The position numbers and the translations under genes were made by a program. DNA of 64,000 nt from an uncultured delta proteobacterium (lineage in GTDB: Bacteria; Desulfobacterota; Binatia; UBA9968). This document shows positions 20,083 to 31,178 of the stretch, piece by piece; position 1 is the stretch's first letter, and the number at the start of each line of letters is the position of its first letter. The stretch is taken from assembly GCA_963745035.1 (NCBI GenBank), contig CAVUVW010000013.1, positions 896,001-960,000 on the forward strand. The letters run 5' to 3'. The notes below the pieces were generated by a model. The model did not search any database. It was not told the DNA's origin and saw only the letters and a list, made by a program, of their open reading frames with translations.

Positions 20083-21138
20083 TTACCAGGCGCGTGTTTC
20101 GCCGAGCTTGAAAATCCAGGCGCGCGCCGGATCGATGCCGCGGCGGCGGACTTCGGCGAGCATGCGTTGCGGCGGCTCGTCGAGCGGCTCTTCCGCCAGA
20201 TCGAAAGTGCCCCAATGTATGCCGAGCAGCACGCGCGCATCGAGATCGATGAATGTCTGCACCGCTTCTTCCGGTGTGAGATGTACGGCCTTCATGATTT
20301 CGGGCGGCAGATAGGCGCCGATGGCGATCGCCGCAACGTCGAACGGTCCAAGCCGCTGGCCTGCTTCCTTGAAGCCCGTGAAATAACCGGTGTCACCGGA
20401 AAAATAGAGCCGCCGCTTCGCGCTCAAGACCGCCCATGACGCCCACAATCGCTCGTTGGCGTCCCACAAGGTGCGTTGGGAAAAATGCTGCGCCGGCACG
20501 CACACAAATCTCACGCCGCGGTATTCGTGCTCCTGCCACCAATCCAACTCCTCGACCCGTATCATTCCGTTATCAGCAAACCAGGCCTTAAGACCGAGCG
20601 GAACCAAAAACAGCGGGTCGTGGGCTGCGGCTAGACGCTTCACCGTCGTCAGGTCGAGATGATCGTAGTGATCGTGCGAGATCAAAACCGCGTCGATGTG
20701 CGGCAGATCTTCGAACGCGAGTCCGGGCGGGCTCATGCGGCGCGGCCCACCCCAGGACACCGGACTGGCTCGCTCGTTCCATTGCGGGTCGGTCAAAATA
20801 TTGACCCCACCGATCTGCACTAAAAGTGTAGAGTGGCCGATCCAGGTAACGCTGGGATTGACACTCCCGCCCCGGAGGATGGCGCCATCGTTGAAGACCC
20901 GCGGCGTGGCGGAGCGACGCGGCGAGATGGACGTCGTCCACAGGCGGCGTATAACGAAGCTCCAGCGCGTCCACGGCGATGGACGGTGAAAATTCACATC
21001 GGTATTGCGAAAGCCGCCTTGCACGTGGTGCGCGGGCTGACCGGGAATCGGCTCCGTGCCGGGGCCGGAACAGGCGATGACCAAGATCGAAAAACACAAT
21101 GCAAGATGAAGCCGTATCATTCTCATCGAAAAAAGCAT
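20083..21138 (-). CDS. MBL-fold metallohydrolase (NAPE-PLD/RomA-like), lipoprotein
   Basis: TWIGHS, TDP, SHDHYDHLD, PAQHFS, GDTGY, IHWGTF. Confidence 0.9.
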   Translation of the reverse strand: MLFSMRMIRLHLALCFSILVIACSGPGTEPIPGQPAHHVQGGFRNTDVNFHRPSPWTRWSFVIRRLWTTSISPRRSATPRVFNDGAILRGGSVNPSVTWIGHSTLLVQIGGVNILTDPQWNERASPVSWGGPRRMSPPGLAFEDLPHIDAVLISHDHYDHLDLTTVKRLAAAHDPLFLVPLGLKAWFADNGMIRVEELDWWQEHEYRGVRFVCVPAQHFSQRTLWDANERLWASWAVLSAKRRLYFSGDTGYFTGFKEAGQRLGPFDVAAIAIGAYLPPEIMKAVHLTPEEAVQTFIDLDARVLLGIHWGTFDLAEEPLDEPPQRMLAEVRRRGIDPARAWIFKLGETRAW

Positions 21139-21367
21139 TCTTGACGGCTGGCGCCATCGATTCCCGAGATCTCGCCGCGCTCCGCCGCAGAAAGGAATTG
21201 ATTTCGAGCGTGCCGAAGGAAACAGGCGGAATCAACAACCTCGCTGAAAAACCAAGTGAGGCAGAATCATGAAATCAATCCTAGTGCGAGCCTATTTGCC
21301 GCTTTGCACACCAGATTTCTTTGTGCCGTCCTTGCACTTGAAAAGAGGAGCTCATGGTGCTGCACCG

Positions 21368-21460
21368 GAGATCATGACCGGTCCGAGAGACCTCTCGCCG
21401 ATAACCGTCAAGTACATTCGCGCCTCCGCGAAAAAAGCCCAGCTCAAAACTCGCACGTAA
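21368..21460 (+). repeat. Diverged copy of the 3' end of the downstream ThDP decarboxylase gene (23189-23282)
   Basis: 93 bp with about 9 substitutions and 1 indel; reads EIMTGPRDLSPITVKYIRASAKKAQLKTRT*. Confidence 0.9.
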
Positions 21461-21606
21461 CCTGGAGAGATCTGGCCTTTCCCCTTTGACCTTCAAAACG
21501 CTGCGAATCGACGCGGCCTTAAACTGCCGGCCCGAGGGTTGCCGTGAACGCTGATCGTTGACCGGGATCGGCCGGCGAATTATTTTGGCGGCAAGGAGCC
21601 GCCGTC

Positions 21607-23282
21607 ATGGAACTCAAGATGAAGTTGGGCGATTACCTCGTCGCTTATCTCAAGAAGATCGGCGTTTCCCACCTCTTCGGCATTCCCGGAGATCTGGTCA
21701 TCAATCTGTTCTTCAAGTTCGGCCGCGCTCGGGCGCTCAAGGTCATTACGCTTTCACACGAACCCGGCGTGGGCTTTGCCGCCGATGGTTACGCGCGCGC
21801 AACCGGCCGCATCGGCGCCATCTGCGTAACCTACGGCGCCGGCGGTCACAACATGGTCAACCCGGTCGCCGCCTCGTTTTCCGAGCGCGTGCCGATTCTC
21901 GTCATCAGCGGCGGCCCGGGAGAGGAAGAATGCAAGCTCGGCGTGCTGATCCACCATCAAGCGCGAGAGATCGAGTCCCAGCTCCACATCTACCGGGAAG
22001 TCACCTGCGCCGCCAAGCTCATCAACGATCCGCTGCGCGCGGCCGCCGAGATCGACGAGGTGATCCGCTCCATCTGGCTGAATCAGCAGCCGGGCTACCT
22101 CGAGATTCACCGGGACATGGTCGAATGCGAGATCCCGGTGCCCAAAGAGATCGTTTCGTGGAACGGTGAACTGCCCCATCTCCAATCGGACCGGCGCAAG
22201 CTCGACGAAGCGGTGCGCGAGACCGCCGAACGGTTGAGCCGCGCGCAACGGCCGCTCGTGCTGGTGGGCATCGAGGCCTACCGTTTCAAAGTGGCGAGAG
22301 AGATCGTCAAGCTCGTCGAGAAAATGGGCGTTCCTTGCTGCACCTCGGTGCTCGCCAAAGGCGCTTTTCCGATGAACCATCCGCTGTTCATGGGCGTCTA
22401 TGCGGGCGCAATCAGCCCGCCGCCGATTCGCGCGCGCGTCGAACAGGCGGATCTGATCATCGGTCTGGGCATGTTCCTGACCGACATCGAAATGGGCGGC
22501 GGCCAACCGCCCGAAGCGCTCCGGCACCGGTCGATCTGGGCCGTGGAGAACCGGGTCAACGTGAGCTTGCATACTTACACCGACATCACGCTCCGCGATT
22601 TCGTCGCACGCCTTGCTCCGCGCCGAGCTCAAGCGCCACCGGGAAAAGGTCGTGTACAGCGACAATCTACCGGCCACACACACCTCTCCCCATCGTCCCG
22701 TGCGAGTCGCGGACGTGCTCCGCGAGATCAATCACTTTCTCGCGCAGCAAAAAAAATTCCTGGTGGTGGCGGAGTCGGGCGATTCCCTCTTCGGCGGCAT
22801 CGACATCAAAGTCGGCAACGACGGCCTTTACCTCGCGCAGGGATTTTACGCCTCCATGGGCTTCGCCATCCCCGGAGCATTGGGAGCCCAAATCGGCACC
22901 GGACTTCGCCCACTGATCTTGACCGGCGACGGCGGATTTCAGATGACCGGCGTCGAGATCGCCCATGCGCCCCGCTACCGTCTAAATCCTATCGTCGTGC
23001 TCTTGAACAACGGCGGCTGGGGAATCTTCCGGCCGGTGGTCAAACGTCAAGATTTGCTCGCGCTTCCTTCCTGGCGCTACGCCGAGCTGGCCCGTCTGTG
23101 GGGCGGCCGCGGTTTTCGCGTGGAGACCGTGGGGCAGCTCCGCCGCGCGCTCGAACAGGCGGCCAACTCGTCCGCATTCACGATCGTCGAGGTCATGATC
23201 GGTCCGAAAGACCTCTCGCCGGTCAGCGTCAAGTACATCCGCGCCTCCGCGAAAAAAGCCCAGCTTCAAAACTCGCACTTAG
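21607..23282 (+). pseudogene. ThDP-dependent alpha-keto acid decarboxylase (indolepyruvate/phenylpyruvate type), two +1 frameshifts (~22613, ~23266), possibly sequencing errors
   Basis: LFGIPGD, HE, DGYAR, HH, GDGGFQMT...NN; the two ORFs join at FVARL|LRAELK. Confidence 0.85.
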
Positions 23283-23654
23283 CCTGCAGACAACTCGTCC
23301 GCCCGGAACCGGCTACCTGTGAATCACAAACCGATCACACGGTCAGTTCTGATGGCAAAAATGCGCCTCTAAGACTTAGCAACGTTATCGAGGAGAAACC
23401 TTGGAATGCTAACATCAGCGTAAGCCAACTCGAACTCATTCTTCAGAAGACGAGCAAAATATGTCAACGCGGACCCCACCCTCACGCTTGCTCACGTTTT
23501 ATGGGAGACCGGCCTCTAATGCGGCCGAAGTTTGATCCTTTCCGACACAGTTGTGACCAGCGAGGAGGCGTCGAGGACTTCCAAACTCCCGCTCACCGCA
23601 AGTATCATCGCAAAGACGACAATGCTGACTAATTTCAAGAGCTCAGGGTCTCCG

Positions 23655-24720
23655 TTATTGACGCGGCGGCAGGGGCTCGGGCCCGGACATCTTTTTTAAC
23701 AGATCGATGACCTCGGGATCGCGGGGCATCTCCTGGATCATCTTGGTCAACTCTTCGGGCATCAGCGGCGACGCGTCGTCGGTGATGACTTTCTTGAACT
23801 CGGCGCGAAATTCCGGGTCCTTAAAAGTTTTGCGCATGGCTTCCTGCACTATCTCGACTCGATCCTTAGGCGTGCCAGGCGGCAAGACCCACGGCATGGA
23901 AGCGGTTCTGAAGCTCCGCCACATCGACAGGAGCTTTCTCTCCCGATCCGTTTTCGCGAAGGTCTCGATCTCCGGAAGTTGGGCGAGTTTCGGGTGGGCC
24001 GGCCTATCGTTTTTCGGCACGGCCAGGATGGCATGAAAATCCATGATACCCTTGTCGATCCAGTCGCGATTGCGGGTCAGCACCGAAGTCGCATTGTTCG
24101 ATCGCGAATCGATTTCCCCGTTGTTGAGCGCCACGTCGGCTTCCAGCGCGGAGTAGCCCGTAACGAATCTCGGCGCTTTCACATCGAGAAAATAGGCGAA
24201 CAACCGCGCCGAGATATAAGCCGCCCCGCCCACCTCCTGGGCGCCGAGCTTGAGCCCGCTCGCCGCTCGCAGTTTGTCCAGACTGTTGAGGCCGAGCACG
24301 CTGCGCGTGTAGATCACATTGTGGTTCTCGCTGATCGGCGTGCCGAGATGGATGAATTTGTCGATGTCGTACATCACGCCGGTCTCGCGCATGACCTGCA
24401 GGCCGACGACCGAACCGCTGAGCGCGCCGATTGTGAGACCGTCGGGCTTGGCGTTTTGGAATACGTTATTGGCCGCCCTGCGGCCGCCACCCCCATCGAT
24501 AATTTCGACAATGATCGTCGGATTCCCAGGAATGTATTTGCTCAGATATTTTGAAACGGTTTTCACCCGCAAGCTGACAACCCCGCCCGGATCGTTGTTG
24601 ATGATCTTCAGCACTTTGCCTTGATAAAAAGGCGATTGGGAAAAACCCGGAACCGGAAAAACTCCCGGCGACAAAACAAGAGCAGCGACGATTAATCAGC
24701 AGCGGATATCTTGTTCTCAT
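23655..24720 (-). pseudogene. TctC/Bug-like substrate-binding protein with +1 frameshift in the signal peptide (~24693)
   Basis: RBS and ATG at 24720 give MRTRYPLLI, which joins IVAALVLSPGV...QSPFYQGK after removing one base. Confidence 0.75.
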
Positions 24721-24997
24721 GAGCGTCTCCTCGAATCCAAGCCATATACGGACTTTCCATTCTAGACAATCTTTTCAAATGAGAAGCCAAACGATGCAGC
24801 AACGCACAGCCGCCAATCGGATCATGGCGCCCGGTAAAAACTCTGTCGCTTCGACACCATCGCGCGAACTGATCTCTTTCTATATGCCTCTCTGTTTTGA
24901 GATTAGTTCGCTCCCAATTTTCCAGCCACTCGCTTGACAATGGCTAAGAATCGTAATGAAAATTACCACCACGCAAGAACACTCGATAGGAGATCCT

Positions 24998-25739
24998 ATG
25001 GCCGAACGGATTTGGGACAAACTACTGAGCGAGCAAGACCGCGCGCATTTAGCGGCGAGCACGCGCAAACATGTCGGATTCGGCACGAAGCCCGCGCTTC
25101 TTTTGATCGACCTCTACCGTTGGGTTTTCGGCGACAAGCCGGAACCATTGCTCGAAGCGATCAAAACGTGGCCGTTGAGCTGCGGGCTCGCCGGTTGGAA
25201 CGCCCTTCCGAATATTCAGAAACTATTGACTGTCGCGAGAGAGATCGGCATTCCCGTAATCCATGTCGTGAACATGGACGGCAACGGCGTGGAGGGCAGA
25301 TATCCGAATAAGGGACGCGAAGACATGAGCCCTGAAGCGCTCGATCGCCGGAGGCGGAAGTACGAAATTATCGATGAGCTAAAACCCATCCCGGGTGAAA
25401 CTCTCTTGCAAAAGTCTTCCCCGAGCGCTTTTTGGGGCACGCCCCTGATCGGCCATCTGAACTGGCTACGAGTGGACACGATTCTGGTTTGCGGCGAAAG
25501 CACGAGTGGATGTGTTCGCGCGAGCGTGGTCGATGGCTGCACCAATCGTTTTCGCATGGTCGTGGCGGAGGAATGTGTCTTCGACCGCCACGAAACAGCT
25601 CACGCAATGAATTTGTTCGATATGGACCGAAAGTATGCAGCCGTGCTGCCTGTCGACGACGTCATCAAATATCTCCGCGGGTGGCAAGCGGAAATAGGCG
25701 GTCAGGGTGCCGGCCGGCGGCCGCCCTACCGGTCACTGA
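24998..25739 (+). CDS. Isochorismatase-family cysteine hydrolase (maleamate amidohydrolase-like); true 3' end uncertain
   Basis: PALLLID, K..PSAFWGT, GESTSGCVRAS; the raw ORF runs to 25891 over the convergent gene, while a 1-base correction stops it at TGA 25737-25739. Confidence 0.85.
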
Positions 25740-26764
25740 ACCTTAAACACCTCCCTGTACTCGTCGTAGTACTTTTTATAGTCCTTGGCCAAGCTGATAT
25801 CGCTCGCCATCAGATTGACCCCTTCGACGAGCGTGGGCGGCTCGGCCTTGACATCGGACCGCACAGGCACCCGAGCGGTCTTGACCAATAATTCCTGCCC
25901 TTCCCTGGAGAGCAGGAAATCGACGAAAAGCCTGGCGGCATTCGGGTGGGGCGCATGAGCCGCTACGCCGACGACATAGTGATAAGCGATCACCGGATTT
26001 GCCCTCACCCATTCTATCGGCGCGCCGCTCTTCTTCATGACTTCCATCCTGGGAGTATACAGAACGACGCCGAGCTTGAACTCGCCCGCCGCCACTAGCT
26101 GCGCCATCAAGGAGTGGCCGGCGCGAAAAGTAAGGCCCTGAGTCGCCAATCGCCGCATATACTGGATGCCCTTCTCGCGCCCCGTAAATTTCAACATATT
26201 GGCAAACCATTCCGTCTCTTCCCGATCCATGACCATCTGGCCCTTCCACTTTGGATCCAAGAGATCGGACCAATCCTTCGGAGCTTCAGCGCGTGGAACG
26301 AGCTTCGTATTGTATCCGATGGTCGCGGGATTCATGTAGAAACTCGTCCAGTGTCCTTCGCGATCCTTGAAGTCGTCACGATAGAACTTTGAATGAGGCG
26401 AGGCATACTTCGCGAATAAGCCTCTCTCGACGAGCACGTTGCCCTCGAACGAACGGATATTGAATACGTCGGCCTCGCGTCTTCCCGCCCGCGCCTCCGT
26501 GAGAACTTTCTGCAGGAGACTGTCCGACCCGGCGCGAAACTGGGTTGTCTTCAGGAACGGATATTTGCTTTCGAATGCTTTTCTAAGGGTCTCCGATTCA
26601 CTCGCGGTAATCGATCCGTAGAATACCACCGAGCCTTCCTTTTTTGCGCCCTCGACCAGCCTGTCGTGCCTTTCCTTTTCCGTTTCCGCAGCCGCGGCAT
26701 GGCTGGCCGACGGCAAAGTAGACAGCGCTGACGCGATCAACAAAACAATGTAAAATGTTTTCAT
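25733..26764 (-). CDS. Extracellular solute-binding protein (Fe3+-type ABC SBP)
   Basis: GAKKEG, DLLDPKWKG, APHPNAARLFVD. Confidence 0.88.
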   Translation of the reverse strand: MKTFYIVLLIASALSTLPSASHAAAAETEKERHDRLVEGAKKEGSVVFYGSITASESETLRKAFESKYPFLKTTQFRAGSDSLLQKVLTEARAGRREADVFNIRSFEGNVLVERGLFAKYASPHSKFYRDDFKDREGHWTSFYMNPATIGYNTKLVPRAEAPKDWSDLLDPKWKGQMVMDREETEWFANMLKFTGREKGIQYMRRLATQGLTFRAGHSLMAQLVAAGEFKLGVVLYTPRMEVMKKSGAPIEWVRANPVIAYHYVVGVAAHAPHPNAARLFVDFLLSREGQELLVKTARVPVRSDVKAEPPTLVEGVNLMASDISLAKDYKKYYDEYREVFKVQ

Positions 26765-27039
26765 TCCCTGCACCTCTGTTGTCGAATGGAAAGACCCATG
26801 ACAAAATAACTTTGCGCGGAGTCTCAGAAATATTAGAGGATTTACCGACTGTCAATATAACCGGAGATCGATTCCACGGGTGAAGTACATCAGCTGACCG
26901 TTGTTAGCCCCATGCCGATTCAGATCGATCGTAAGAAAGCAGAGAATCTTGCGCCTCAATTCGACGAAGCGCTCGAACTCGTGCGCAATGAATTCGACGG
27001 GCTCGACCCACATTGCCAGTACCGCAATGCCCTTCGCAA

Positions 27040-27411
27040 GATGGCGTGTGGGACGCCTTTCCCAAGCTGAGAGTTGGTTTTCTCGAAGGCGGCACAAGCT
27101 GGATCCCCATGGTCATCGATCGGCTGGAACGCGAACGCGAGTACGGCGAGTTGCGTTGCGAGAAGCCCATCATCGATTACTTCCGCAGCGACAGATTTTT
27201 CGTCGGTTGCGAGGGAAACGAAAGCGCGCTGTCCTACGTCATCGATCGGATCGGTCCGCAGGGGTGCGTGTTTGCCTCGGATTTTCCGCACGAAATCGCG
27301 ATGGAAGACGCATTGCACGAGATCAACGAAATTCTCGAACGAAAAGATATCAACGATAAGCACAAAGCCATGATACTCGGAGAAAACGCCAAGAGATTCT
27401 ACAACCTCTAG
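27040..27411 (+). pseudogene. C-terminal fragment of Amidohydro_2 protein
   Basis: GVWDAFPKLRVGFLEGG.SW...FASDFPHE...ILGENAKRFY; N-terminal two-thirds missing. Confidence 0.85.
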
Positions 27412-27791
27412 TGTGAGATTCTCCCTGTTACCGTTCGCAAACTGGCAAGAATGGATGCGATGTTCGGCGTGCAGAGCAAAAAAGCAAAACTGCGCCTGTA
27501 GCAGGGGAACAATGAATCTTCCGACCCAACTGAAGATGCGAGCAGGGTGATTTAAAGCGCTGTCAGGCGGTCAAAGAATTGTGTTGCAACGCAAGACATG
27601 ACCCTGCGGCACGTGAGGCCGACTCGCCCGCTCAGCAGGATTCTGGCGCAGCCTGCCAAATCGGTATAGCATTGCCCCCGCTGCTCGCCGTGCATCAAAA
27701 GAAAGCCGACATTCCTCGCCTGCGAAATGACATCTGATGGCTTCAATACCATCTCAGAAAGGTGACTGAGGCGAGTGGAAAATTCTAAGCC

Positions 27792-29345
27792 ATGAATGAT
27801 CCGAGTGCCCCTAAACTGTTTGAAAGCGGTTTTAGAATCCATACAGTCAATCTGATCAAGTGGCTTGATAGCTCAATCACGATGAAGTCCGCCTGCGTGG
27901 TGTTTCTCGGCGTGGCCATAAGCTGGGTTTTGTATTTGTTATTCGGACATCGACTTATCGAGACGATGTACACGACTACGCCTGGTACGATCATCGATCG
28001 GATCCTAAAAGGTAAAAGCAGCACACCTTTGGAAGACTATCTGGAAGCAGCAGACACGCTGATTGTGCTTACTACATTCCACTTCTTTGCAGTCTTCCTG
28101 CCTTTCGTACTTCTGATTAAAAAGCCGCGCCTGCTTCTTTACGGTTCTGGTTTTGTTGCGGCGCTCTCATTCGCGGTTTTTTGCGCGGTTGAGTGGTTTC
28201 CCTCAGTCGGCGACTATATTTGCTTGGATAACGTTAGGTTCCACTATTACAATAAACTGTACATCGGAGACGATAAGTTGATCCATAGGCTGCGGCCTTA
28301 TCTCCGCACTCATAGTCGTTCTGAGCCGCAACGTTATCCCTTGTCGTATGGAATTGAAGTTGAACCAACGACTATTGAATGGATAACGGATGAGGATGGA
28401 TTCAGAAACGCCGACACGACGAGATTTAGCGATGTTATAATTATAGGGGACGGTTTCATTGAAGAAGGACAAAGTCTCGTCGATACTTTTGCCAGCAGGC
28501 TCGAGAAGCATTTATCGCCCATACGAGTAAGGAATCTCGGCACGGGCGGGCATGGCCCGTTCCAGTATCTAGAGGTCCTCAAGAGATATGGCATAAAGCG
28601 TGGTCCAAAGTATGTACTCATTGGTTTCAATGAAGTGAACGATATCACTGACACCGAAAGGTATTTACAGTGGCAAGAGGGAAAGGAGAAAGGCGCAAGC
28701 GTGCTCTACGATTCCAGAACGAGAGTAGTATCGAGACCTTTTTTTGATAGATACGGGCAGACGTTGTTAGGCACGTTTCATCATATTCAAAATGCGGCTT
28801 TGATGATGGCTCACAGGACTCTCGAAAACTTCAACACCTACCGAAAACAGCCAATTCACAAGGACGTAGTTCTGGTCGAACTAGGGAACGCGATCCATAG
28901 AATGCTGTTTATCGACAGGCTAATAACAAAAGCTCCTGAGGAAATATTGGCGTCGAACAGCGGGCGGCGCCTAAAGGAGATACTGCTTGAGTTCAAGAAC
29001 TTGTGTGAGCGGAACAAAATCATTCCAATGATCATGTTTATTCCCTCTGCTGACCACATTTACGCGGAGTATTCCACCCAACAGAGCGGGAGAAGTTGGC
29101 TCAAAATACGACCTGAGCAAATCGCCGCAAAGGCGAATGTGGAGCAGGCAATATCTACCCTGGCCCACGCTCTTGGGATCGAGTTTGTGAGCTTGAGTAT
29201 TGCTTTCGAATCCGCGGCAAAGAATGGCAAGATGCTCTACTATCCCTTAAGCACTCATTGGAATTCTGAAGGAATGGAAGTCGCGGCTGTCTTTGTGGCG
29301 GGTATGTTGAAATCGAAGATTACTACACCTGGAATGAGGCAATGA
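27792..29345 (+). CDS. Membrane-anchored SGNH/AlgX-like protein, AT-richer than flanks
   Basis: N-terminal TM segments, TDEDGFRN, IIGDGF, NLG.GG.GP.QY, NDITD, HWN..G. Confidence 0.7.
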   Translation: MNDPSAPKLFESGFRIHTVNLIKWLDSSITMKSACVVFLGVAISWVLYLLFGHRLIETMYTTTPGTIIDRILKGKSSTPLEDYLEAADTLIVLTTFHFFAVFLPFVLLIKKPRLLLYGSGFVAALSFAVFCAVEWFPSVGDYICLDNVRFHYYNKLYIGDDKLIHRLRPYLRTHSRSEPQRYPLSYGIEVEPTTIEWITDEDGFRNADTTRFSDVIIIGDGFIEEGQSLVDTFASRLEKHLSPIRVRNLGTGGHGPFQYLEVLKRYGIKRGPKYVLIGFNEVNDITDTERYLQWQEGKEKGASVLYDSRTRVVSRPFFDRYGQTLLGTFHHIQNAALMMAHRTLENFNTYRKQPIHKDVVLVELGNAIHRMLFIDRLITKAPEEILASNSGRRLKEILLEFKNLCERNKIIPMIMFIPSADHIYAEYSTQQSGRSWLKIRPEQIAAKANVEQAISTLAHALGIEFVSLSIAFESAAKNGKMLYYPLSTHWNSEGMEVAAVFVAGMLKSKITTPGMRQ

Positions 29346-29467
29346 ATGAGTCCATGTTCAGACTCGCCTTTTCGCCTAGCTGTCCTGATAGCAGAAGAGC
29401 AGAATCGATAGGATGACAGGGTCGTTGAGGCGTCAAATCTTTTGTTGATAGTAACCGGCCTTTACGG

Positions 29468-29716
29468 TTATTGCGCGGGAAGCGGGCCCTCCTCGGAAAC
29501 CTTGCAGCACCTCAATCACCTCGGCGTCGCGCGGCATTTCTCGGATCGCTTTCTCCATCCCTTCGGGCACGAGCGGATCGCGGTCTACGCCGGTGAGCTT
29601 TTCACACTCGCGGTGTAATTCGGTGTCTTTGAACGCCCTGCGCATGGCGTTCTGAAGAACCATAACCTTGTCCTTCGGGCGTTCCCGGCGGCAAGGCGTA
29701 CGGCACGCCCACGAGC
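29468..29716 (-). pseudogene. C-terminal remnant of TctC/Bug-like protein
   Basis: RLVGVPYALPPGTP|KDKVMVLQNAMRRAFKD...REMPRDAEVI, with frameshifts. Confidence 0.8.
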
Positions 29717-29878
29717 CGGTACACGTGAAAAAGCAAACGGGGTTAAGTCTGGAGTTGAGTAAATTTGAGGAATCTCGACAGGCGACATGATCAACAATGG
29801 AACCATGGAGCCGGACAAAGAATCATTGATCGCTTCCGTGAAACGTGGAATCCCTTTGGCAGCGCAGAGATTCGACGG

Positions 29879-30109
29879 TCAAGGCTGCATAGGTCGTTGC
29901 TTCAGGTCCGTCATTACCGACTCACGTTTTGTCTTTTCGGCTCGTTTCTCCGATTCCATTCTCACTGTGGGTAACCCCAAGTTCTTCGCCAGTCGCGCAC
30001 ATGAAGAGCATACAAGCATATTCAGCATAACAACGCCGGCGTTCTCGGAGGTGACGCGATAGAGTTTCTGTTTTGTAATCCGGTTGCAGCGCCGACAAAT
30101 GAAGCTCAT
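29879..30109 (-). CDS. Small putative Zn-binding protein (CxxC...CxxC), 76 aa
   Basis: GGAG RBS; CRRC and CSSC. Confidence 0.65.
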   Translation of the reverse strand: MSFICRRCNRITKQKLYRVTSENAGVVMLNMLVCSSCARLAKNLGLPTVRMESEKRAEKTKRESVMTDLKQRPMQP

Positions 30110-30260
30110 GGGCCTTCTCCTTGTATTTACAAGCGCGAGCTGCTTCGAACAGGTTGACGAACAGTCACCGTAAAGTGCGTGAAAAGTTAAAGGGAGATTA
30201 CAGCAGCGTTAGCAGAAGGAGAAGAAAAAAATCGGCGCGTCGGTTTTTTCGGATGCTAGA

Positions 30261-30295
30261 TTATCCACAGCACGGTGTGAATAAATTGTTTATAA
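30261..30295. promoter_or_regulatory. Cluster of DnaA-box-like 9-mers
   Basis: TTATCCACA (30261-69, +), TTATTCACA (30276-84, -), TTATAAACA (30287-95, -). Confidence 0.5.
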
Positions 30296-30347
30296 AGTCC
30301 ATTAAGCGTTGATTTCGCCAGCTATTCTGCCATTAGCCTCAGATTGC

Positions 30348-30575
30348 CTAATGCATGAGCGCTGGCGAAAAAAGTTGCCGCACTACTCCAATTTGTTTCC
30401 GGTTGTTCAGCTCGCCCGAGTTTGTGGTCAAATTCACGCACAGCACAAAGCTTTCCACAGTTGCAGCCAAACGAGAGTCAACGACAAGTTGCAGCGCGAG
30501 ATCAGCGTGGGTGCCGCTCAGCGTATCAAGCCACCGCCGCAGGTGGCGCCCCCAGCGGGTGTTCGACTTTGCCAT
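30348..30575 (-). CDS. Possible small hypothetical protein
   Basis: MAKSNTRWGRHLRRWL... helical-looking ORF with no clear RBS. Confidence 0.35.
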   Translation of the reverse strand: MAKSNTRWGRHLRRWLDTLSGTHADLALQLVVDSRLAATVESFVLCVNLTTNSGELNNRKQIGVVRQLFSPALMH

Positions 30576-30804
30576 CACGCGCAAACTGCTCGAGACGCCA
30601 CATCAATCATGAAACAACCGGCATGAAACAACTGGAGAGCCAATCGTGTCAGACTTGCTTAACTCCATTAATTCACCATTCACTGAAGATGCGCCGACTG
30701 CGCCCTGAGTTTCTGCGGCGGGTCAACAATCGCGCACAACAAGCATCTCGCCGGGCGGGCCCCATGCGCCGCTCTGGGGAGGTTCTGTTTTTAGGTCAAG
30801 CGAT

Positions 30805-30950
30805 TTTTTGCTAGAGGTCTAACATGAACTTGCCCTTCCAGAAGCCGACGCCGCTACTGCTGCGGAAGTGAGCGATTGGCTCGAGCGCTTCACCGCGTAC
30901 GTGAGCGAGGTCGACTATGCAGCGGCGCGTCCGTTCTGGCATCCTGACAT
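30805..30950 (+). repeat. Diverged, frameshifted copy of the RBS and 5' end of the SnoaL-like gene (31845-31991)
   Basis: 146 bp direct repeat, about 90% identical, with a 1-base deletion. Confidence 0.9.
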
Positions 30951-31178
30951 GAATGAATCAGCGAGGTTCAGGTCTTGCAATGATGTATTCAGCGCATGTG
31001 TGCTTCAGTCCGGCAAAACGCGCCGCCGGAGCCAAAAAGTTAGGGCGCGCTCCAACGGCATGGACATCACGTCTAGACTTGTAGGCCGCTTACCGGCCCG
31101 CTCTCAATACGTTAGGTTGACTCTCAACGCGCGTCCGCATTATCTTTGTCGTCGTCGCGATCTTTGCTCGGACGAACC

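Noticed and set aside
23283-23632. C-terminal extension of the ThDP decarboxylase as a fused domain
   Set aside because: It arises from the extra T at ~23266; the upstream duplicate shows the native stop
30200-30350. oriC
   Set aside because: Only three boxes, no dnaA/dnaN/gidA context and no clear DUE; kept only as a regulatory candidate
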